Shown here: positions 27,543-36,773 of the stretch, piece by piece | Numbering within the stretch: position 1 is the first letter of the stretch | How the letters are laid out: every line of letters starts with the position of its first letter | IMG/VR virus record: IMGVR_UViG_3300005095_000172 | Coordinates: 1-64,000 of that record | DNA: 64,000 nucleotides | Origin: a virus | Lineage: Duplodnaviria > Heunggongvirae > Uroviricota > Caudoviricetes | Direction: 5' to 3' (one strand) | Translations under genes and position numbers: made by a program | Notes under the pieces: model-generated | The model's database searches: none | What the model saw: only the letters and a program-made list of their open reading frames with translations | What the model was told of the DNA's origin: nothing

Positions 27543-28410
27543 TCAACTTTCAAGATATTTACCCTCCACTATATTTTCAACTTCTTTAAAATCAGCTTTA
27601 TTAACAGTCACAACAGCGATTCTTGTTCTGGGTACCAATTCATTATATCTAAAAGTTTCTCCGTTCTTTTGGAACCGCCCTTCAGATTGAACAAGTACTT
27701 CTTCTCTCTTCACAAACCTACCGAATTTTTCTCCTGGAGTTGTTTCAGAGAACCAATCCTTACCAGTTTTATTTTTGCAATGTTCAATCTGTTCTTGAGA
27801 TGTTTTATTTTGCAGTTCTTTATGAGAACAATAAGTCTGGGCAAAAACATTTTTTGAATTCTTTTCGGGATCTCTTACTCTCCACAAAAATGAATTTACA
27901 ACTTCACTCTCATCCTCAACTCCATAAACTCTAGCATCAAAATAAGCTAAGTTGAGTTTGTGTCTAAACTTCTCCGTGAGTCCTTGAGCTTCAAGAACTT
28001 CTTTTAGTCCTTCATTGAACTTCACGGAACAGTACGCAGCAAAAAGTGAAGCAATCTTTTGAACCCTACCATTATAAATATGTTGGTAGTCCTTACGAAG
28101 TTCCTTCTCAAACCCAGTTTCCTCTTTCAACTCAACTTTCCTTAGCTGAGTAAGAGAAGGGATATAAAGTGTGATCTCGTCACTCTGAGTGTAACCAGTG
28201 TAAGCGTTGAATTCCTCCACTAACTTCACCGTACAATAATTCATAGCAGCAATAAGCACTCTATCAAAAGGCTTTCAAATCCCTTAGTGAATTTTGAAAT
28301 CCATGACCGTCTAACCTAACGATGATATGGTTATCTACAGGAACTCTTTTTTCGTATTGTGCTTCATATCCCTTTAATCTATCACCAAGAGCTGGGCTTG
28401 TATCTTTCAT
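27543..28410 (-). CDS. Thg1-like protein (tRNA-His guanylyltransferase / 3'-5' nucleotidyltransferase family), interrupted by a +1 frame change at UUU_UGA
   Basis: N-terminal 48-aa ORF (28264-28410) 'VPVDNHIIVRLDGHGF' matches Thg1 'VVRIDGKKFH'. The downstream ORF (27543-28259, GTG start) 'QSDEITLYI', 'AYFDARV', 'FLWRVRD' matches Thg1 'ESDEYSFIL', 'PSFDGRV', 'YLRWRQ'. Confidence 0.55.
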
Positions 28411-28802
28411 TTCCATTCCTTATATTTCATAGTATTGTATTTCCATAGATAGAAAAATTTATTGTATCTTTTCTTTAAAACATCAATCTTAACAAAAAGC
28501 CATACCAACCACCTAAATGAACCAAGAAGAACTCCGAAGTAAAATACCACCAAAACACTACCAATTAAAGTAGTAATCATAATTTTTGGAATTTCATACA
28601 ATTCACTGAACTTACCATAAATAAATTCATATGGTTCTCCTGAGAGAACTCCATCTGGATTTAAAAACTCATAATCTAAAGCCGACCAGTCGTGTTCACT
28701 AAAATCTAAAAGCGCAATTAACCCGTTCATAAATCCTGTGATAAGAGATACAAAGAACACTCCTTCCAATATGATAAGTAAGAACTCAAATTCTTCATTC
28801 AT
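28407..28802 (-). CDS. membrane protein
   Basis: Multiple TM helices. Confidence 0.4.
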   Translation of the reverse strand: MNEEFEFLLIILEGVFFVSLITGFMNGLIALLDFSEHDWSALDYEFLNPDGVLSGEPYEFIYGKFSELYEIPKIMITTLIGSVLVVFYFGVLLGSFRWLVWLFVKIDVLKKRYNKFFYLWKYNTMKYKEWK

Positions 28803-28804
28803 TT

Positions 28805-29158
28805 TTATTTCCTTTCTGTGTAATTCTCAAATATATTTCCAACAACTTTCACGTCTTTAAGAATATCATAAGCTTCATCTCCGAAAATACTTTCGTAAAT
28901 TCCTATAAATTTACCTTTCATAAAACCTACTCTAAGAATCATTCCGTTGCTGTATTCTATGATGTCTCCTTCATAGATTTCCTTTCCAGAGTAATCTTTC
29001 ATTCCAGTGTATTGACAAATTTCAACTTTGTCAGAACTCCTTTTAACCAATCCACTATCTATTTGGAATTCAACAAATACTGTCCTAAAATGAATGGTGA
29101 CAACTTCATAAATTTTATTCGTTAGTCTATCATAGACTCTGAATTTTAGTTCTTTCAT
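28805..29158 (-). CDS. hypothetical protein
   Basis: ORF track. Confidence 0.4.
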   Translation of the reverse strand: MKELKFRVYDRLTNKIYEVVTIHFRTVFVEFQIDSGLVKRSSDKVEICQYTGMKDYSGKEIYEGDIIEYSNGMILRVGFMKGKFIGIYESIFGDEAYDILKDVKVVGNIFENYTERK

Positions 29159-29430
29159 TATATTCCTTTCATGTAAATAGTTGAAACAAGGTCATCTACG
29201 ATGTTTTCAAATGTTTCATCTTCAATTTCATCTACAGTACTTCCAAGATAAGATTTGTTCAGAGTTTCAATGGTCCAATCATTTACAGCATCGTGAAATA
29301 CTACCTTACCGTCTTCTTTAATGATGTATTCAGTTGGACTGAACTCGATGATTTCTTTATCTTGAAGAAATTCTATTACGTCTTTTCTAGTGACTTCAAC
29401 GCCCTTTCTTTGTAGTTCTGAGTATGTCAT
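29158..29430 (-). CDS. hypothetical protein
   Basis: ORF track; promoter element upstream. Confidence 0.4.
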   Translation of the reverse strand: MTYSELQRKGVEVTRKDVIEFLQDKEIIEFSPTEYIIKEDGKVVFHDAVNDWTIETLNKSYLGSTVDEIEDETFENIVDDLVSTIYMKGI

Positions 29431-29436
29431 TTTAAG

Positions 29437-29480
29437 CCTTTCTTTTTAACTGTTATATTATAGCTAAAGTTAGCTTAAAG
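29437..29480 (-). promoter_or_regulatory. promoter element copy
   Basis: Consensus match. Confidence 0.6.
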
Positions 29481-29485
29481 ACAAA

Positions 29486-29992
29486 TTAATTTACCTTAAA
29501 ATAATCCTTTATTTTATCAAACTCCACGAACTCGTAATTGTGTTTTTCGGGACATACATCAAAATATCTATCATCGTAAAGGAATTTCTTGTGAAGATGA
29601 CCGTGGATTACCCCGTGCCTGTTCCTAATTTCAGAAGGGTGAATAGGGCAATGTGAAACCCAGAAGTTCTTATAGGAGTAAAATGGTAGTTGGATTTCAA
29701 TTTTTGAATTTTGTTCTTTATTGAGTTGAACCTCATCATAGAGTTTTAAGCTATCGTGATTTCCCATAATAACTTTTATTCTACACTTCACATTCCTAAG
29801 CCTTTTGATGTACTCATCGTACCTTGGGTTCTCAAAGATGAAGTCACCAAGTACATGAAGAATATCTCTTTTTCCAAGCGACTCAATTTTTTGAATCCAG
29901 TATTCATCGTGTTCTTCAGGTGATTTGAAGTTGTTTCTGTACTTAGTAATGACTTTATGTCCTATATGAAGGTCAGATGTAAATAAATTCAT
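29486..29992 (-). CDS. calcineurin-like metallophosphoesterase
   Basis: 'DLHIGH', 'GDFIF', 'GNHD', 'HGHLH' metallophosphoesterase (MPP) motifs. Confidence 0.65.
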   Translation of the reverse strand: MNLFTSDLHIGHKVITKYRNNFKSPEEHDEYWIQKIESLGKRDILHVLGDFIFENPRYDEYIKRLRNVKCRIKVIMGNHDSLKLYDEVQLNKEQNSKIEIQLPFYSYKNFWVSHCPIHPSEIRNRHGVIHGHLHKKFLYDDRYFDVCPEKHNYEFVEFDKIKDYFKVN

Positions 29993-30246
29993 TTTCTTTG
30001 TAGTTCCTGTTTTAGTAATTGAAAAGCTTCATCAATATCTTAGATATACACTTCATTTATATGCTCTTCATTCTCAATATACTTATATATCTTCATATGA
30101 ATTATGAATTTTATATAGACGGATAACTCATAGCGATAGTTATATAACCATCATTGAATTCAAGTTTATTCAACTTTCTCCTATGTTTAATATACCATAT
30201 TCCTTTTGTATTTTGTGTAATGAATGTGTCAATTAAAATTTCTTGT

Positions 30247-30755
30247 TTAAAGTTCATTAGCAAATTCTACCACTATGCGTATCACTACCAGATATCTCAA
30301 TTTTGAACTCAACCTCTTCTGGCTCGAAGTCGAGAAATCACCATAGCTGTCCATGCCGTTTCCTGTTGTGATAACTTTTCCATCATCCATCGTGACCTCG
30401 ATTGTGTAGTTGTGTCCATCAAAACTTATCTCAGTCGTTTCGCCTTCATTTGGCGGGATAAACGATGTTGTGTATCCACGAAATTCTGCGATCATGCTAC
30501 ACATCCACCATCATTATCAATAATTTCTCCATTTATTTTACTTATCAATTCTCCAGCTTTCTCAAGTTTAGCTTTTGCACCAGACTTATCAAAATCTTCC
30601 TCTACATAATTATGTCGCGCACAAAAATTTGATGTTTCACCATTATATCCATAATATGTTAGTCTACAATCGTTATAATATAATAAAAAATTTCCACTAT
30701 ACCCAATCTCTTCTGCAACAACGCCAGTTTCAGCGTATAGTTTTTTTCTTGACAT
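30247..30755 (-). pseudogene. decayed gene(s) in a GC-richer (~45%) island; several adjacent frames each carry protein-like segments
   Basis: ORFs 30492-30755 and 30247-30504 overlap in different frames. A third frame encodes 'DFEPEEVEFKIEISGSDTHSGRIC'. Composition differs from the flanking DNA. Confidence 0.35.
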
Positions 30756-30809
30756 ATGCTGTGTATTCTACGGATTGATGAACAGCATTAATAAACTTCT
30801 CTTTTCTTG

Positions 30810-31235
30810 TCATTGGTTATCCTTTAGTAGTTTATAGATTGTGTCTATACTTCTCTTTAGTAACTGATACCGATTTTCCAGTTCCGTTACATCTTCCTTA
30901 ATACTTGAATTAAGAATTTTCTTATCCAATTCTCGTTTTTCTTCGATAATATCTTTTGCTTTGAGTTCAAGTACATCCAGTAATTCTTTTGAAACTCCTG
31001 AAATTCCCATAAATAAAATGCCGTGGTACTCAATGAATGCTGAGTATTCTACATTTACATCTTCCTCTACACTTCTTGAATTTTCATTATAAACTAGACC
31101 TTTACAAGTAGCTTCCTCTTTAATAGAATCCCAGTCTGTTAGCGACATACCATTCATTGTGTTTATGTCTGTCAGATGGTCCAATGTGATAGTTATAAGA
31201 TCTTTATGTTCTGATATAAATTTTAAAGTAATCAT
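30810..31235 (-). CDS. hypothetical protein
   Basis: ORF track. Confidence 0.4.
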   Translation of the reverse strand: MITLKFISEHKDLITITLDHLTDINTMNGMSLTDWDSIKEEATCKGLVYNENSRSVEEDVNVEYSAFIEYHGILFMGISGVSKELLDVLELKAKDIIEEKRELDKKILNSSIKEDVTELENRYQLLKRSIDTIYKLLKDNQ

Positions 31236-31414
31236 TGATTATCCTTGTCAATCGTTCCGTCATTTTGAACCGCCCAACTAGCAGGTTCCATTTCCAACCC
31301 ATCGTAGATTTCCCAATCTTCTGGTTCTACGAAAGTATAACACAAATTCATTTCTCCATCTTCTTTTAGATAAACTCTTACTCCATTTTTACTTATCAGT
31401 TTCTTACCATCCAA
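31232..31414 (-). CDS. hypothetical protein (TTG start)
   Basis: ORF track. Confidence 0.3.
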   Translation of the reverse strand: MDGKKLISKNGVRVYLKEDGEMNLCYTFVEPEDWEIYDGLEMEPASWAVQNDGTIDKDNQ

Positions 31415-31626
31415 AAGTGCTTCATGTCAATCTCTTTGCGTTTCATCATTTATCCTTTTCTGTGAAGTTTTCTTCGATAAAATCAACTACTTTTGATAGA
31501 CCTTCTTTACCCATATGAAGACTGACTGTATATTCTTCCATAATGTTTAGGATTTTTCGTAAATCTCTTTATTTTTAACAGACACCATTTCTTTTCTTTT
31601 TCACCAACTTCAATTTTCGTTTTAAT

Positions 31627-31667
31627 CCTTTCTTTAACTTCTATATTATAGCTAAAGCAACCTTAAA
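31627..31667 (-). promoter_or_regulatory. promoter element copy (ACG where the start ATG would be)
   Basis: Consensus match. Confidence 0.45.
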
Positions 31668-31678
31668 TCAAAATAAAA

Positions 31679-32200
31679 TTATCTTCCATTTTTTAAATCG
31701 GTTACTATTTCATCCAGATACTTAAACATACTAGAACCACTACTGAATTTCATAATAGAAAGTGTTGCTTTAGCAGTCACATTGGGGATTTTTTGTAATC
31801 TTTCATCAAAAGAATCTATGTAACTTCCCCTTTTTAGAATAGCGAACTCATCACCACCAATCCTGAATAGATTAGAATCCTCAAAAAGAGATTTGATACT
31901 AAGAGAAACATCAATAATCATTTCATCACCAGCATCATAGCCTTTTGTTCTGTTGATATCATGTAGTCCATTAATATCAATAATCGCTAAGATGAAGTGG
32001 TGATTGAAAGTTTCGTACTCATACCAAAATTCAGATAACCTTTCTTGAAAGTCTGCTCTACCCATGAAATTTGTTAAGTAGTCGTACTTATATTTTCTTA
32101 TAGTAGAATCCTTCTCATGAATTTCTTTTTCAAGTCTTTCTATTCTTATTTTGAGTTTTTGAATTTCTATATCATTTGGATTGTTTAATTCTTTATTCAT
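31679..32200 (-). CDS. GGDEF-domain diguanylate cyclase (stand-alone, with an N-terminal coiled-coil)
   Basis: 'DYLTNFMGR' (DxLTGLxNR), 'IIDINGLHDINRTKGYDAGDE', 'RIGGDEFAIL' intact GGDEF active site. Confidence 0.7.
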   Translation of the reverse strand: MNKELNNPNDIEIQKLKIRIERLEKEIHEKDSTIRKYKYDYLTNFMGRADFQERLSEFWYEYETFNHHFILAIIDINGLHDINRTKGYDAGDEMIIDVSLSIKSLFEDSNLFRIGGDEFAILKRGSYIDSFDERLQKIPNVTAKATLSIMKFSSGSSMFKYLDEIVTDLKNGR

Positions 32201-32438
32201 TTTCTAATTCCTTGGTATATAAGGTTTCTACACATCCATTGGGCTGTCAAGTTTATACCTAACAATACTAATTGTCCCCGAATCAAGAGAAGTGTTATGA
32301 GTTTTATTGAACATTTCCTTTGCCTTCTCTAATGAGCTAAAAACACCTAAAATATCTTGGAAAGAATCTTATTCATCCATAATGGCTAAGAAAACAAATT
32401 TCATTGGAGGTAGTTTCACAAGTATATTCTATCATGAC

Positions 32439-32705
32439 TCACCTTTCATAAAGTAGAATTAAGATATTATTCACTATTTCAATCACTGTCACGAATATGA
32501 AAATCGTTGCTAAAGATACTGTTGCCATTACCGCAAGGACACTAACTCCATTTATAAAAGCGTAGACTACTGAAGTTGCTTCTATAATTTGTATGTTCGC
32601 TGAGCTAAACCCATAACCAAAAAGGATGAACATACCAATGATAGCGAAGATCAAAAATAAAATCCCCAAATCTTCCAATAAGCATCTCTTATAATTCTTT
32701 TTCAT
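32439..32705 (-). CDS. membrane protein
   Basis: Hydrophobic. Confidence 0.4.
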   Translation of the reverse strand: MKKNYKRCLLEDLGILFLIFAIIGMFILFGYGFSSANIQIIEATSVVYAFINGVSVLAVMATVSLATIFIFVTVIEIVNNILILLYER

Positions 32706-32714
32706 AACTACCTC

Positions 32715-32942
32715 TTATCTTTTATACTTTATGGTACATCTATTGTCGTCGATGAAGTACACAATTTTCAATTCTTCTGTGTTGAAGTGAAATATTCTTT
32801 CTTCCTCTATATTTTCTTTAAGAATGGTCATTTTAACCAACACATCAGAAATTATCTCATTTGGTAGTTCTAAAGAAACTAAATCTTCCATGAGTTCTGC
32901 TTCATCTTGAATTTCTAGAACTGCTTGTAAACTTTTTATCAT
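32715..32942 (-). CDS. hypothetical protein
   Basis: ORF track. Confidence 0.35.
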   Translation of the reverse strand: MIKSLQAVLEIQDEAELMEDLVSLELPNEIISDVLVKMTILKENIEEERIFHFNTEELKIVYFIDDNRCTIKYKR

Positions 32943-33307
32943 TGTGAATCCTTTTTGTTCCTAGATTTACGATAATGGTAGTCATAATGATCGGGGTTAT
33001 CTAAACTTAAAATTTTAGAATTTTCAAAAGTATACCATTCTGGATTTCTTGCTTTTATATATTCTTCTATACTGTCCCAACCATTTTCTTCCCAAGTACC
33101 TATGAAATCTGTTTCATAGTAGTGAGAACTTATTGTAGTTCTCACCCCAACTTTCTCTCCTGATTTAATTCTTTCAATAATTGGTTCGAATTTTATATCT
33201 TCTAATTTATCCAATAGCGTACTAATTTCAGCATTTATCGGTTCTTCAAATTTTTTAAGTTTAGTCCTCAGTTCTTCTATTCTTTCTTCAATTTCTTTTT
33301 GTTTCAT
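32939..33307 (-). CDS. hypothetical protein
   Basis: ORF track. Confidence 0.4.
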   Translation of the reverse strand: MKQKEIEERIEELRTKLKKFEEPINAEISTLLDKLEDIKFEPIIERIKSGEKVGVRTTISSHYYETDFIGTWEENGWDSIEEYIKARNPEWYTFENSKILSLDNPDHYDYHYRKSRNKKDSQ

Positions 33308-33347
33308 AGTTCTTCCCCTGAATATATTTCTCTATAAGTGATCTCCA

Positions 33348-34061
33348 TTACCCATTCCTTACCATTTTCTCAATTTTATACACCTGTGTGCTATAAGTCT
33401 TAATAGGTTTCCCTCTTTTATCACGCATAACGCCATAGTATCTTAGAAGAGCACTTTCCTCTTTGGAAGCCGTATGCTTGAGTTGTTTTCTTTCGTGAGT
33501 GTAGATACTAAGAATAAGTGCTGCCGCTTTGATGTTCCCTTCTACTGAAAACAAATCTTGTCTTTTCTTAATACCAATTTCAGCGAGTTCATACTTCCAA
33601 ATCTCGAAGATAACTCCGCCCAAACCAACAGCAGTCACATGAGCACTCTTATAAGATACCCAATTTTTCTTAGTAGGAACTTTAACATAAACAGGAGCGT
33701 GTTTTGCTCCAGGATTTAGACTTGACTCTTTAGCCAAAACGGCAGTCAGTGTTACTGGGTCAATATTAAATTCCTTAGCGTACCTCAACACACTTGAAAC
33801 GATTTTTCTCTTTGTTCCTTCTGGGGTTGGGTATACATCAACCAATCTTTGTACAACCATTATGTCTTTTATAGCGTTAGAATTAACGCTTTTGGTCGTT
33901 CTTTCCCTTTTCTCCTTTTGGCCAATGGTTGGTGTGCCCTCTTCACATTTTTGAATTAAAGCATCCATTTCTTTAATAGAGCCTGAGTGGAAATCTATTT
34001 CTTCACAAGCCCCTCCAATTAGTAAACTTGATAAGATAGTCACGATAATAGGAAATTTCAT
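33348..34061 (-). CDS. SLT-domain lytic transglycosylase-like lipoprotein (cell-wall hydrolase)
   Basis: Lipobox 'LLIGGAC'; 'LAKESSLNPGAKH' resembles the SLT catalytic 'ES..NP.A' motif. Confidence 0.5.
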   Translation of the reverse strand: MKFPIIVTILSSLLIGGACEEIDFHSGSIKEMDALIQKCEEGTPTIGQKEKRERTTKSVNSNAIKDIMVVQRLVDVYPTPEGTKRKIVSSVLRYAKEFNIDPVTLTAVLAKESSLNPGAKHAPVYVKVPTKKNWVSYKSAHVTAVGLGGVIFEIWKYELAEIGIKKRQDLFSVEGNIKAAALILSIYTHERKQLKHTASKEESALLRYYGVMRDKRGKPIKTYSTQVYKIEKMVRNG

Positions 34062-34066
34062 TCTGA

Positions 34067-34110
34067 GCCTTTCTTTTTAACTGTTATATTATAGCTAAAG
34101 TTAGCTTAAA
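34067..34110 (-). promoter_or_regulatory. promoter element copy
   Basis: Consensus match. Confidence 0.6.
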
Positions 34111-34123
34111 GGAAAATAAAACA

Positions 34124-34405
34124 TCATTCTTTACATTCAACCGTAAAAATTATTTTAGAAGCTTCAATGATGATAATCATATTAACAAAGAAAAGTAGAA
34201 TACAAACCATTGCAAATAACATTGAACCCATATCAAACATCATAGTGTCAAACCAACCATCTGAATTCTTCCCGAACTCAACCCCTAAAACATTCAAGAG
34301 TTTACCAATCACGAATGATGAGCCAAGTACGATAATTCCTATGAGAAACCCGTAGAAAACATCTTTACCAGTTTTAGTTACTTTTATTTTACATTTTGGT
34401 GTCAT
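34124..34405 (-). CDS. membrane protein
   Basis: 2-3 TM helices. Confidence 0.4.
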   Translation of the reverse strand: MTPKCKIKVTKTGKDVFYGFLIGIIVLGSSFVIGKLLNVLGVEFGKNSDGWFDTMMFDMGSMLFAMVCILLFFVNMIIIIEASKIIFTVECKE

Positions 34406-34652
34406 TAGATTCCCTTTCGTAGTCTTCCATTATGATGTACTCAACAAGTAGTTCTTGTTCACCACAAAGCATTACTTGTAGGACTGTAATTGGAATATCG
34501 CTATAAGTAGCGTTAAAACCAAACATATTCTTGGCAGCAGGTGAGTTCATGTGGAAACGAATGAATCTACTAAGTGGATGACTCTTTACTAAAGTTCCTC
34601 TTACAGAATTAAATTTCATTGAGTTGTGTGTGTTGTTTTGTGTATCAAACAT
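34389..34652 (-). CDS. hypothetical protein
   Basis: ORF track. Confidence 0.35.
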   Translation of the reverse strand: MFDTQNNTHNSMKFNSVRGTLVKSHPLSRFIRFHMNSPAAKNMFGFNATYSDIPITVLQVMLCGEQELLVEYIIMEDYERESNDTKM

Positions 34653-35412
34653 CTAAAAATCCTTTTATTTCAAAACTAAAACCAACTTCTGACAATGCTT
34701 CAGCTTGGTTTGTGTATAGAGTACTAATGTACTTTTCAAACTTTCTTAGTGTTTGAATTTTCTCATCATCAATTTTAGTAGTTTGAATGATAAGAATAAG
34801 TTTTCCATACTCTTTAATCAAATCATTAATAAACTTCAAAGTGATCTTTTCACTTTTGATGTAATCCCACGCATAGATAATGTTTATGTCATCTATATAA
34901 CTAGCCCCTAACTCTTTAAGAATACCAATAATCACTCTTTCTTCAAGTACTGTGTCATTTTCAATAAGAAGTATGTTTGATTTTCTCTTTGAAGGATTCA
35001 AGAATTGACCAAATAATTTATCTTTGAAATCTGATACTTCTTCCCATTCACCTTCAACATCTGAAAGAAAATCGGTATCACTGTTCCACCCACCCATATC
35101 ATTGATGTTGATACACTTTCCTTCTGTTAGGTATTGAACTTGTAATATATCTCGTTCATTAAGAAGTTCATCAAGTTTTTCAGTTGCTCCCAACAATGAA
35201 TAGTTATGAATTTGAGTAAGAGCTTTCAGCAATCCACCTTCTGATGTTTTTGATTTATTGTGGGTAATTGATCTTTCGTCTTCTTTCATGATAAGAGATA
35301 TAATGGTTCTCAATTCACTTTCGACTAAAGGAGTTCTTTCATGCTTGAAGATGAAGTAGTCATCTAATGTGGTTATCCTATACCAAGGATATTTAGAATG
35401 TCTTAGTATCAT
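34645..35412 (-). CDS. hypothetical protein with a C-terminal CheY-like (possibly degenerate receiver) segment
   Basis: 'ILLIENDTVLEERVIIGILKELG' resembles the start of a receiver domain with Asp replaced by Asn. Confidence 0.3.
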   Translation of the reverse strand: MILRHSKYPWYRITTLDDYFIFKHERTPLVESELRTIISLIMKEDERSITHNKSKTSEGGLLKALTQIHNYSLLGATEKLDELLNERDILQVQYLTEGKCININDMGGWNSDTDFLSDVEGEWEEVSDFKDKLFGQFLNPSKRKSNILLIENDTVLEERVIIGILKELGASYIDDINIIYAWDYIKSEKITLKFINDLIKEYGKLILIIQTTKIDDEKIQTLRKFEKYISTLYTNQAEALSEVGFSFEIKGFLDV

Positions 35413-35413
35413 T

Positions 35414-35728
35414 TTAGCCCTTTATGGAAATGTTCTCATCAATTTCAATGAGTTGGTCAAGTAGGTCATAATCAATATAGAATAAACCGTCTTCTTCAAT
35501 TAAGATCGCACCCTTTGAATCAAGGGAACTAATGATACCAGCAATTTGTTTTTCAGTGAAGGTTTCTTTAAAGTCTTTAGGCGAAGCCCAAGAGTAATTG
35601 TCGTCTTTCAGATCAGAAACAGAATTAGCCCCGCACTGTTCGTTACTCATTTTGAATTGATGAGCTAAGAATTCGGTTTCTTTTTCAGTGAACCCGAGTT
35701 TCTTAAGTGATTCATTGAGAGTTTTCAT
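35414..35728 (-). CDS. hypothetical protein
   Basis: ORF track. Confidence 0.4.
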   Translation of the reverse strand: MKTLNESLKKLGFTEKETEFLAHQFKMSNEQCGANSVSDLKDDNYSWASPKDFKETFTEKQIAGIISSLDSKGAILIEEDGLFYIDYDLLDQLIEIDENISIKG

Positions 35729-35730
35729 TT

Positions 35731-36033
35731 TTAAGCCTTGAACGAAATAGTAACGAACTCAATGAATGCCCAAACATACATAGTCAATCTAGTCAGAGTA
35801 ATGACAATGGTTGGAAAGTTATTTGTTAGCATAGATTGTGCTGCTTCAATGTTTCCCAATGAAATGGCAAGTTGGAATATCGGGTTATTTTTCTTTTGCT
35901 CGTACACATAAGCGTCCCAAATCATTTCAGCAACGAGTAAAACAACAAGTCCAACAAAAGCATAGATATTTTGGGTGTACCAAAATAGTACAAGAGCAGT
36001 TACATTTAACGCAGTAGATAGTTTAATTTTCAT
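35731..36033 (-). CDS. membrane protein
   Basis: TM helices; promoter element upstream. Confidence 0.4.
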   Translation of the reverse strand: MKIKLSTALNVTALVLFWYTQNIYAFVGLVVLLVAEMIWDAYVYEQKKNNPIFQLAISLGNIEAAQSMLTNNFPTIVITLTRLTMYVWAFIEFVTISFKA

Positions 36034-36039
36034 ATTAGT

Positions 36040-36082
36040 CCTTTCTTTTAACTTCTATATTATAGCTAAAGTTAGCTTAAAG
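36040..36082 (-). promoter_or_regulatory. promoter element copy
   Basis: Consensus match. Confidence 0.6.
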
Positions 36083-36124
36083 GGAAATAAAACGGGAAAA
36101 TTAATCAAAAATAAACTTCTAAAA

Positions 36125-36316
36125 TTAATCTCTGCTTTCCAATGAAAAGAAGACCATGATGGCGAACCAAGCGATGGTTCCGTTTATAATTGAAGTCTGA
36201 GTTTCAAGCGTGAGGTCGAGAGAACCAGAAGTAATCGAGATTTGGGTTAGTATCCCTTTTACTACAGTGATAGCTCCTAAGATTAGTAGCGTAAGTACAA
36301 TATATTTTTGTTTCAT
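36125..36316 (-). CDS. small membrane protein
   Basis: Two TM helices. Confidence 0.35.
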   Translation of the reverse strand: MKQKYIVLTLLILGAITVVKGILTQISITSGSLDLTLETQTSIINGTIAWFAIMVFFSLESRD

Positions 36317-36371
36317 TTTTAAACCCTTATTTTAATTCTTGTTTTTAGTTCTTTATGATAAATGAAGACTT

Positions 36372-36668
36372 TTATTTTATCACCTTTACATCAATGATTT
36401 CATACCCATCATCGATAAATCTATCAAGGATGTCTGCTCCAGAAAAGTCTTTAAACTTACCTTTGTCCATCCCTTCTTTACTATATCCTTCCCAACTGTC
36501 ACCTCTATTGGGATTACCAAAATTCCAATGTTCCCATTTAGAACCTTTTTTCACAAACTTGAATCTATTTTCAATGTCAATAAGTTCGAATTCTTTAGCG
36601 TTGATAAGATCATCTCTCTTACTCATAACTCTTTTTAAATATTGGTCTTTGATTGTCTCTCTAATCAT
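36372..36668 (-). CDS. hypothetical protein
   Basis: ORF track. Confidence 0.4.
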   Translation of the reverse strand: MIRETIKDQYLKRVMSKRDDLINAKEFELIDIENRFKFVKKGSKWEHWNFGNPNRGDSWEGYSKEGMDKGKFKDFSGADILDRFIDDGYEIIDVKVIK

Positions 36669-36773
36669 TTATGTTTCCTTAATCTTTACAGTAAAGCGTA
36701 GTTACAGAGATTGTAATAATTATGAATAATAAAGAAATAAAATCACCTAATGAAATCATTTATATTCCTGTAT

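Noticed and set aside
31533-31620. The promoter copy at 31627-31667 is followed by ACG where all other copies have ATG, suggesting a start-codon-loss pseudogene
   Set aside because: The downstream in-frame ORF is only about 38 codons. An alternative small ATG-initiated ORF exists nearby. The evidence is too thin to call.
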